NCBI RefSeq assembly: GCF_000010065.1
Contig: NC_006576.1
Span: forward strand, 2,220,001 to 2,252,000
From: Synechococcus elongatus PCC 6301
Lineage (GTDB): Bacteria > Cyanobacteriota > Cyanobacteriia > Synechococcales > Synechococcaceae
Reading direction: 5' to 3'
DNA: 32,000 nt
The translations under genes and the position numbers were made by a program. Positions 1 to 7,092 of this stretch are shown in pieces. Position 1 is the stretch's first letter. Each line of letters opens with the position of its first letter. The notes beneath the pieces were generated by a model. That model did no database searches. It worked only from the letters and a program-made list of their open reading frames with translations, and had not been told where the DNA came from.

Positions 1-415
1 AGAGCACATGACTCGCCTGCGCCACAATTTTGGGCACGACCCAGCGGAAATAGTAGGTCTGCCAAGAGTGCGATGGCAGTTGCAGGGGACGCAGATCATG
101 AACCATCACCACCGATCGGCAGTGGCGATCAATCGGGGCTTCGGGCGCCGGTGAAAATAACAGTCGACTACCCAGCCGGCGATAGAGTTTGGGAACTTGG
201 GTCTGGGTCCAATAGAGCCTAGCCAAGCGGGCTCTTCGCCCGCGATCGGAGCAGAGCCGCGAGGAAATGAGCTGATGGTCAAACCCCTCGTAGAGGCGAT
301 CGCTCAGGAGGGTGGGCTGCAGCGATCGCAGATAGGGCAACAAACTGAGGGCATAGGTACTGATCCCTGTGGGCTGGCGCAGCACCATTGCCAAATTGAC
401 TAACAGATTGCCCAC
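1..415 (-). CDS. Glycosyltransferase, GT4 (GT-B fold) family, N-terminal part; gene runs off the left edge of the window
   Basis: The minus-strand frame is open from 415 to 1 and is absent from the ORF track because it is open-ended. My translation reads (V/M)GNLLVNLAMVLRQPTGISTYALSLLPYL...CRSVVMVHDLRPLQLP, which is the usual GT4 N-terminus (hydrophobic strand then TGI-x-x-Y loop). The start is GTG at 415 or ATG at 388. It lies 15 nt downstream of the GT2 stop on the same strand. Confidence 0.6.
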   Translation of the reverse strand, partial: MGNLLVNLAMVLRQPTGISTYALSLLPYLRSLQPTLLSDRLYEGFDHQLISSRLCSDRGRRARLARLYWTQTQVPKLYRRLGSRLLFSPAPEAPIDRHCRSVVMVHDLRPLQLPSHSWQTYYFRWVVPKIVAQASHVL

Positions 416-429
416 GATTGCGTCTGCAC

Positions 430-1173
430 CTAAGCCAATCCTATGAGTTTACGGCGCCCGAACTTCAGCCAATTGATCAGCCAATAAACACCACTGCGCC
501 ATCGGCCTAAATCCGGCTGGCGACGCTGGGCTTGGAAGGTCTCAGCAAAGACTCGGCTAATGCGGGTGTTGCTTAGCCCGCCCATGCTCAGGCAGAGGAT
601 GACTTGATTGGTGTGGACGGCCTTCAAGTCGGGCGGTAGCCGCAGGAGCCAGTCGTAGTCGCCACAGATGCGAAAGCGCTCATCAAACAGGCCAATACGA
701 TCAAACAGCGATCGCCGCATCAGCAGTCCCGGATGACTGAGGATCATCGACTCCCGCATCCGCTGCCAATCCCAGGCATAGCCCCAGGTGCGTAGAAATT
801 TCCCCTCGGGGCTGTAGTAGGCATTGCGCCCGCTCACCAAATCGGGCTGCCCCACAGTCAGCTCTAGCAGTTGTTGGAGAGCTGTGGGACTGGCGTAATA
901 ATCGTCTGCACCAACGAAGGCGACATAATCGCCACTGGCGCGGGCGATCGCTTTGTTCCAAGCGTGATAGATGCCACGATCGCGCTCACTTTCCCAGTAG
1001 GTCAGGCGATCGCTCCAGCCTTGCAGCAACTCAACCGTGCCATCGCTGGAGGCATTGTCAAAGACCAAGACTTCACAATCTGCCCGTACTGTTTGTTGTT
1101 CAATACTGTCGAGACAGCGGGCTAAGCCGATCGCATCGTTAAAGGTGGCGATGATCAAAGAGAGCTTGGGCAC
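430..1173 (-). CDS. Glycosyltransferase family 2
   Basis: 247-aa ORF. The N-terminus LSLIIATFNDAIGLARCLDSIEQQT...VLVFDNASSDGT and a later GADD motif are typical of GT2 (GT-A fold). The GTG start at 1173 lies 2 nt after the upstream gene's stop. Confidence 0.85.
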   Translation of the reverse strand: MPKLSLIIATFNDAIGLARCLDSIEQQTVRADCEVLVFDNASSDGTVELLQGWSDRLTYWESERDRGIYHAWNKAIARASGDYVAFVGADDYYASPTALQQLLELTVGQPDLVSGRNAYYSPEGKFLRTWGYAWDWQRMRESMILSHPGLLMRRSLFDRIGLFDERFRICGDYDWLLRLPPDLKAVHTNQVILCLSMGGLSNTRISRVFAETFQAQRRQPDLGRWRSGVYWLINWLKFGRRKLIGLA

Positions 1174-1175
1174 GC

Positions 1176-2579
1176 CTAGTACGCATTGCGACTGAGGAAG
1201 CCTTTGAGCAGCGTCATGCCAATAATCTGCAGGTCAAAGGCAAGGGACCAGTTCTCAATGTAGTAGAGGTCGTACTCAATCCGCTTGCGTAGATCCGTGT
1301 CGCCGCGCAGCCCGTTCACCTGTGCCCAGCCAGTAATTCCTGCCTTGACCATGTGTTTCTTCATGTAGTCAGGGATTTCATCCTTGAACTGCTCGACAAA
1401 CAGCGATCGCTCGGGACGAGGACCGACGATCGACATCTCACCGCGCAAGACGTTAATAAACTGCGGCAACTCATCCAAACTAGTGCGCCGTAGGAAACTT
1501 CCCAGCGGTGTGGTGGGCTTGGCGTAGGCTTTGCCCCACTGCACCCCTTTTGCTTCTGAATTCACCGGCATCGACCGGAACTTGAGCATCATAAACGGCT
1601 GCCCATTCCAGCCAATTCGCTCCTGGCGATAGAAGATTGGGCCCGGTGAGGTCAGCCTGATGCCGATCGCGATCGCCAGCATGACTGGACTCGCTAGTAG
1701 CAGAATCATGCCTGCTAAGACCTTGTCCTCGATCGCCTTGATGAAGCGATTGGAGCCCATCATCGGTGAGGCGTTGAGGTCAATGAGTGGTACGCCCAAA
1801 ACTTCTGTGAAGCCGTGGTTGATCAGCCGGAAGCTAAAGACATCAGGTATTAGGCGGATTGTCACCGTGCTGTGGCGCAACAGATGCAAAATTTCTTGGA
1901 CGCGATCCTGTGCCCGTAAGGGCAAGGCTAACCAGACTTCATGGGCGTCAAAACGATCGATCCAAGTTTCAATCTGGTCAACCTGAGCCGTGATTGGAAT
2001 GCCGCGATAGTTTTGTCCCTCTAGCTCCGGGTTGTCGTCGAGGAACCCAACCACGCGCAGTCCGGTCCAACGAGCGGCCGCCAAGCGATCGGTCAGTACT
2101 TGCCCCAGGTCACCGGCCCCGACAATGAGGAGACGGCGTTCGTTCCAGCCCTTGTGGCGCATCATCTGTAAACCGGCCACCCAGAGCAGGCGAATCAGTC
2201 CAAAGCTGTAGAGACTGCCGATCGCCCAGGTCGTAAACCAGAGCCGCGAGAAGGAACTGCCGTAGTGCAGGGCAAAAATGATCGTGACGGTGGTAGCGAT
2301 CGTTAGACCCCAAGCGGCGGCGACCCGCAGCATCAGTGGAATCATCGATCGCCCGCGCCAGGAATCGTAGAGGTTAAACAGCGGGAAATAGATGGCCGCA
2401 GCGGGCAATGCTAGCAGCAGTGGCAGCAGGTAGCGAGCGTTGTCTTGGAAATAGCTGAACTCGAAGCGCAGCCGAAAAGCGATGACTGCATTGAGCACAA
2501 TCAGCAGCAAGTCGAGCGCAAGCTGCAGGTAAGGCAGTTGTCGCTCGTAGGGACGAATCCAAGACCGCTGGCTTGGCAT
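1176..2579 (-). CDS. Polyprenyl-phosphate hexose-1-phosphate transferase (WbaP/WcaJ-type priming sugar transferase)
   Basis: It has multiple N-terminal TM helices and a central Rossmann-like segment (LLIVGAGDLG). The C-terminal bacterial sugar-transferase domain reads KFRSM...SLDELPQFINVLRGEMSIVGPRPE...GITGWAQVNG. I prefer the ATG at 2579 (MPSQRSW...), which leaves 2 nt after the upstream stop. The track's longer form to 2633 would overlap that gene by 52 nt. Confidence 0.85.
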   Translation of the reverse strand: MPSQRSWIRPYERQLPYLQLALDLLLIVLNAVIAFRLRFEFSYFQDNARYLLPLLLALPAAAIYFPLFNLYDSWRGRSMIPLMLRVAAAWGLTIATTVTIIFALHYGSSFSRLWFTTWAIGSLYSFGLIRLLWVAGLQMMRHKGWNERRLLIVGAGDLGQVLTDRLAAARWTGLRVVGFLDDNPELEGQNYRGIPITAQVDQIETWIDRFDAHEVWLALPLRAQDRVQEILHLLRHSTVTIRLIPDVFSFRLINHGFTEVLGVPLIDLNASPMMGSNRFIKAIEDKVLAGMILLLASPVMLAIAIGIRLTSPGPIFYRQERIGWNGQPFMMLKFRSMPVNSEAKGVQWGKAYAKPTTPLGSFLRRTSLDELPQFINVLRGEMSIVGPRPERSLFVEQFKDEIPDYMKKHMVKAGITGWAQVNGLRGDTDLRKRIEYDLYYIENWSLAFDLQIIGMTLLKGFLSRNAY

Positions 2580-2581
2580 AC

Positions 2582-3667
2582 CTAGAGCACCGACGTGAGG
2601 AAGCGCTGGAAGTTCGTTTTGAAGGTATCGCAATCAAAGCCCATGGCATGTTCTCGAATGGCCACTGGATCAAACTGTCCCTGTTGCACTTCAAACTGGG
2701 TGATCGCGTTCGTGAGCGCTTCAACGGTAGCGGACTGAAAGAAGAGGCCCGTCTCACCGGCTTTCACGGTTTCTAGCGCTCCACCATCGCCGTAGGCAAT
2801 CACTGGACGACCGCTGGCCATTGCTTCGAGGGGCACGATACCGAAGTCTTCAACCCCAGGGAACAGCAAGGCGCGGCATCGCTGGTAGTAGCTGGCGATC
2901 GCAGCATCGGACTGACGACCGAGAAACTGCACGGTGGGTCCTGCCAGTTTTTCCAGTCGCGATCGCTCTTCCCCATCTCCAATCACAATGAGTCGCTTCC
3001 CAAAGGCGGAACAGGCTGCGACCGCTAAATCAGCTCGCTTGTAAGGCACGAGCTGGCCGACGTAGAGGTAAAAGTCCTCTGGCTCACGGTCGGCGATCGC
3101 AAAGCGATCGGCATGGACGGGCGGATGCAAGACAGTCGCCTCACGGCGGTAATACTTGCGAATCCGCTGAGCAACAAAGCGAGAATTAGCCAAAAAATGA
3201 TCGACGCGCTGGGCTGTAGCCTGATCCCAAACCCGCAGCGGCGGCAACAGCAGATCCATGGCCCGGCGCTTGAACCAACCTGCTTGGCGACGATAGCTGG
3301 GCGCTAAGTCCCAGAGGTAGCGCATCGGGCTGTGGCAATAGCAAATATGGAGACTGTTCGGATCCGTGATCACGCCTTTGGCAGGGCCAGACTCACTACT
3401 GATCACCAGGTCATAGCCCCGCAAGTCAAATTGCTCGAGAGCAAAGGGCATCAGCGGCAGGTAGGTGGGATAGCGCCGTTGCGCCGCTGGTAAGCGTTGA
3501 ATGAAGCTGGTTTGGATGCGGTGACGTTGCAGCGTCGGGCTGAGACGATCGCGATCGCAGACATGGGTGAACAGGTCAGCTTCGGGAAAGAGATCGCAGA
3601 GTGCTTCCAAGACCCGTTCGCCGCCCCGCATTTGCACCAGCCAATAGTGAACGATCGCAACTCTCAT
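2582..3667 (-). CDS. Glycosyltransferase family 4 (GT-B fold)
   Basis: The N-terminus MRVAIVHYWLVQMRGGERVLE and the C-terminal EDFGIVPLEAMASGRPVIA motif (E-x7-E type) are typical of GT4. I prefer the ATG at 3667; the track ORF extends to a TTG at 3703. Confidence 0.85.
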   Translation of the reverse strand: MRVAIVHYWLVQMRGGERVLEALCDLFPEADLFTHVCDRDRLSPTLQRHRIQTSFIQRLPAAQRRYPTYLPLMPFALEQFDLRGYDLVISSESGPAKGVITDPNSLHICYCHSPMRYLWDLAPSYRRQAGWFKRRAMDLLLPPLRVWDQATAQRVDHFLANSRFVAQRIRKYYRREATVLHPPVHADRFAIADREPEDFYLYVGQLVPYKRADLAVAACSAFGKRLIVIGDGEERSRLEKLAGPTVQFLGRQSDAAIASYYQRCRALLFPGVEDFGIVPLEAMASGRPVIAYGDGGALETVKAGETGLFFQSATVEALTNAITQFEVQQGQFDPVAIREHAMGFDCDTFKTNFQRFLTSVL

Positions 3668-3771
3668 TACGGCTGGGTGGCGGCTCCATCGGCTGGTGAT
3701 CAACTGGGATCCACGATCGCAAATCCTTCTCTCACCGTACGCTGTTTGGGACAGACTCCTGCGATCGCCCG

Positions 3772-4644
3772 ATGCCTAGTCCTGTGACTGATCGATTTTG
3801 GTTGGGCTGTGCTGTGTGGGCCTATCGCAACTGGGTCGGTTCCTTCTATCCCCCAGGAACAGGTAGTGATGCATTCCTGCGCTGCTACGGCGAACGCCTG
3901 ACGGCGGTGGAAGGCAACACCACTTTCTACTCGATTCCCTCGACCGAAACTGTCCAACGCTGGCGTCAAGAAACGCCCGATCGCTTCCGCTTCTGTCTGA
4001 AGTTGCCGCGATCGCTCAGCCATGCCGGTCCCTTGGCCGCCCAAATTGAAGCCGCGGCGGCTTTCCGTCGGCAACTGCAACCCCTGGGTGATCGCCTCGG
4101 CCCTGCCTTTCTGCAACTGCCGCCCCGCTATGGTCCCGGTGCGATCGCCGATCTCTCCCAGTTTCTGGCTGCTTGGCCGGTAGTTCAATGGCCCTTGGCC
4201 GTTGAACCCCGTCATCCCGACTGGTTCCAGCCCCAGCCGCGTCAAGCGCTCAATCAATTGTTGCAACGCTATGGCTGTGGCCGAGTCCTGCTCGATACCC
4301 GTCCTGTTTATAACGGTGTAGATGATCCCCAAGTGACGAGTGATCGCCGCAAACCTCAGCTACCGCTGCATCCAGATGTGATCGGAGAGTACGCCTTAGT
4401 GCGCTTCATCAGCCATCCCGATCGCGATCGTAATCCGGCTTACCTCGCGGAATGGCAGGAGCGGATCCGCCACTGGCTCGCGCAGGGAATCACGGTCTAT
4501 TTCTTTGTCCACTGCCCCCAAGAAATTTACTCGCCTGCCACTGCGATCGCCTTCCAAGCGCAGCTAGAGAGGGCTGGGATCCCCATCCTGTCTCTCCCGA
4601 CTCCACCGGCTCCTGCCCAACAGCAGTTGAGCCTCTTCTCCTGA
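3772..4644 (+). CDS. DUF72 (UPF0759) family protein
   Basis: 290-aa ORF. The N-terminus FWLGCAVWAYRNWVGSFYPPG...YGERLTAVEGNTTFYSIP matches the DUF72 pattern as I remember it. It is divergent from the glycosyltransferase cluster. Confidence 0.75.
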   Translation: MPSPVTDRFWLGCAVWAYRNWVGSFYPPGTGSDAFLRCYGERLTAVEGNTTFYSIPSTETVQRWRQETPDRFRFCLKLPRSLSHAGPLAAQIEAAAAFRRQLQPLGDRLGPAFLQLPPRYGPGAIADLSQFLAAWPVVQWPLAVEPRHPDWFQPQPRQALNQLLQRYGCGRVLLDTRPVYNGVDDPQVTSDRRKPQLPLHPDVIGEYALVRFISHPDRDRNPAYLAEWQERIRHWLAQGITVYFFVHCPQEIYSPATAIAFQAQLERAGIPILSLPTPPAPAQQQLSLFS

Positions 4645-4767
4645 CACCCCAGGAAGCCATGCTGTCAGAAACCGCTTATGATGGGAACTGATAGAGCTGT
4701 CGGCTTTTATCGCGCGATTCGCATCTTTCAGCGAAATTGCTGTCGGTCTACCGCAGCTTTTGGAGGA

Positions 4768-4794
4768 GTGGGTAAGTGTTTGCCCGCTTTTTTT
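4768..4794 (+). terminator. Intrinsic-terminator-shaped hairpin plus U7 tract, 14 nt upstream of the rimP start codon (terminator of the DUF72 gene and/or attenuator of the rimP operon)
   Basis: GTGGGTAA-gtgt-TTGCCCGC forms an 8-bp stem with 2 G.U pairs and a tetraloop. It is immediately followed by TTTTTTT (4788-4794). Confidence 0.55.
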
Positions 4795-4808
4795 ATTGAC
4801 AGTTAACC

Positions 4809-5270
4809 ATGGCTCATCCGCTTATTCCTGCCATTTTGGATCTGGCACGTCCCATTGCCGACGACCTCGACTTAGAGGTTGTCCAAGCGGTCTTTCACAC
4901 CAACCAAAGCCCCCCTATCCTCCGCCTCGATATTCGGAGCCGTGTCGGGGATACCGGTCTTGAAGATTGTGAGCGAATGAGCCGGAGTTTCGAACTAGCA
5001 CTTGATGAGGCCAACATCATTCCTGATGCCTACGTGCTGGAAATTTCTAGCCCTGGCCTCTCCGACACCCTTGAAAGCGATCGCGACTTTCTCTCCTTCA
5101 AAGGCTTTCCTGTCCAGGTGACCAGTCGCTCTCCCAACGACGACACTGTCGAGCAGCAAGGCACGCTCCTCGGTCGAGATGCAGATTCTGTCTATCTCAA
5201 TAAACGGGGACGGACCGTCCGGATTGCCCGCAGTCAGGTGCTGGAAGTCAAGCTGATTGAACAGCTTTAG
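4809..5270 (+). CDS. rimP: Ribosome maturation factor RimP
   Basis: 153 aa. It occupies the conserved position directly upstream of nusA, and LEISSPGL...R.L....DF..F.G is RimP-like. Confidence 0.9.
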   Translation: MAHPLIPAILDLARPIADDLDLEVVQAVFHTNQSPPILRLDIRSRVGDTGLEDCERMSRSFELALDEANIIPDAYVLEISSPGLSDTLESDRDFLSFKGFPVQVTSRSPNDDTVEQQGTLLGRDADSVYLNKRGRTVRIARSQVLEVKLIEQL

Positions 5271-5326
5271 CGATCGCCCCACAACGTTGCTTTTGTCCTT
5301 ACGCTCACTCCTTGGAGGCTCTCCCT

Positions 5327-6652
5327 ATGTCAATGGTCACCCTGCCCGGCCTAGAGCAGCTGATCTACGCCATTAGCGAGCAAAAAAAACTGCCCGCCAA
5401 TGTCATTGAAGAAGCCCTCAAAGAAGCCTTGCTCAAGGGCTACGAGCGCTATCGCCGTACCCAGCAGATGGGTGAGCAGTTTGAAGAAGACTACTTCGAC
5501 AACATTGACGTTGAACTCGATGTCGAACAGGAAGGCTTTCGGGTACTGGCAACCAAAACCATCGTCAATCAGGTCGAAAATCCTGACCATCAGATTGCCC
5601 TCGCCGATGTTCAGGAAGTGGCTCCAGATGCCCAAGCAGGCGAAATCGTCGTTCTAGATGTCACACCCGATAAAGACGACTTTGGGCGAATGGCGGCTAT
5701 TCAGACTAAGCAAGTCCTGTCGCAAAAACTGCGCGATCACCAGCGCAAACTGATCCAAGAAGAGTTCCAAGATCTAGAAGATCCGGTCTTGATGGCCAAG
5801 GTGCTGCGCTTCGAGCGCCAGTCTGTGATCTTGGGGGTCAGCAGTGGTTTAGGACGTCCTGAAGTCGAGGCAGAACTGCCCCGTCGCGAACAACTGCCCA
5901 ACGACAACTACCGGGCCAACGCCACCTTCCGCGTCTTCCTCAAGGAAGTCAGTGAAGAACCCCGTCGTGGACCGCAGTTGATTGTCTCTCGGGCTAACGC
6001 CGGTCTGGTTGTCTACTTGTTCGAAAACGAAGTTCCTGAAATCCAAGATGGTGTCGTCCGCATTGTGGCGGTAGCGCGGGAAGCGAATCCGCCGACTCGG
6101 CATGTTGGGCCGCGCACCAAAATCGCTGTCGATACCTTGGAACGCGAAGTCGATCCGGTTGGGGCTTGCATCGGGGCGCGGGGATCGCGGATTCAGGTGG
6201 TCGTCAACGAATTGCGGGGCGAAAAAATTGATGTGATCCGCTGGTCGCCGGATCCGGCCACCTATATTGCCAATGCCCTCAGCCCTGCCCGGGTTCAGGA
6301 AGTGCGCTTGGTCGATCCCGAAGGTCGGATCGCCCACGTTTTGGTCAACGACGACCAACTCAGTCTCGCGATCGGCAAAGAGGGTCAGAACGTGCGCCTC
6401 GCGGCTCGACTGACCGGCTGGAAAATCGACATCAAGGACGTGGCGCTCTACGACGCAGTCACGGAAGGTCAACGGATTTCTGAACTGATTCAAGAACGCC
6501 AAGAGCGGGCGGCGATTGCTGCCGAAGAAGAAGCCCGTGCTGCCGCCGAAGCTGCTGAACTGGCGGAATGGGAGGCGGAAGAGGCTGCTCTCGCAGCCGC
6601 TGAACCTGCGGCAGAACTCGCAGCTGCTGAAGCTGAGGAAGAGACTGTTTGA
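5327..6652 (+). CDS. nusA: Transcription termination/antitermination factor NusA
   Basis: It has N-terminal, S1 and tandem KH regions (GACIGARGSRIQ, AIGKEGQNVRLA) and an Ala/Glu-rich acidic tail. The ATG at 5327 is preceded by GGAGG at 5314-5318, and the track's TTG at 5312 overlaps that SD. Confidence 0.95.
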   Translation: MSMVTLPGLEQLIYAISEQKKLPANVIEEALKEALLKGYERYRRTQQMGEQFEEDYFDNIDVELDVEQEGFRVLATKTIVNQVENPDHQIALADVQEVAPDAQAGEIVVLDVTPDKDDFGRMAAIQTKQVLSQKLRDHQRKLIQEEFQDLEDPVLMAKVLRFERQSVILGVSSGLGRPEVEAELPRREQLPNDNYRANATFRVFLKEVSEEPRRGPQLIVSRANAGLVVYLFENEVPEIQDGVVRIVAVAREANPPTRHVGPRTKIAVDTLEREVDPVGACIGARGSRIQVVVNELRGEKIDVIRWSPDPATYIANALSPARVQEVRLVDPEGRIAHVLVNDDQLSLAIGKEGQNVRLAARLTGWKIDIKDVALYDAVTEGQRISELIQERQERAAIAAEEEARAAAEAAELAEWEAEEAALAAAEPAAELAAAEAEEETV

Positions 6653-6942
6653 GTCGGCTGCCCCAAGGGTATCGACGCTGTATTGCTTGCCGGCGACTCG
6701 CTCACCGGCAGGAATTCTGGCGAGTTATTCGGCTGGCAAGTACCGGAGCGATCGCCCTCGATCAGGGTGAAGGGCGATCGGCCTATCTCTGTCCAACCGT
6801 GGCTTGCTTCAACCAGGGTCGCCGCAAAAATCGTCTGGGGCGAGCCCTGCGATCGGCGATTCCTGACTCCGTTTGGGTGGCCCTCGAAGCAAGGCTGAGT
6901 GTGACAATCTGCCCGAGCCTGTCAGAGGGCTCTGACGGATAG
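6649..6942 (+). CDS. ylxR: YlxR/DUF448 family RNA-binding protein
   Basis: RRCIACRR...GRSAYLCP...C...RKNRLGRALR is the DUF448 pattern, and it holds the conserved position between nusA and infB. Its TTG start overlaps the nusA stop (TTTGA). Confidence 0.8.
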   Translation: MSRLPQGYRRCIACRRLAHRQEFWRVIRLASTGAIALDQGEGRSAYLCPTVACFNQGRRKNRLGRALRSAIPDSVWVALEARLSVTICPSLSEGSDG

Positions 6943-7092
6943 CTCGATTTTTGAGGCAAGATGAAAAGAGGTGCCGACCCAGCGCCCATCGATGATGGCG
7001 CTAAAGCAAGCCTGACTGAACAATTGCCCTTGTTGACTCAGGCCCTCCTGCACCTTTTCAACCGCGATTGCAGACAACGGGAATCGAACTGA

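Noticed and set aside
3700-4332. 210-aa minus-strand ORF
   Set aside because: It lies entirely antisense to the well-supported DUF72 gene. The translation is Gly/Arg/Thr-rich with no recognisable motifs. This is typical of a GC-rich antisense frame lacking stops.
5849-6502. 217-aa minus-strand ORF inside nusA
   Set aside because: It is antisense to the KH/S1 region of NusA, whose own frame has clear family motifs. There is no independent support.
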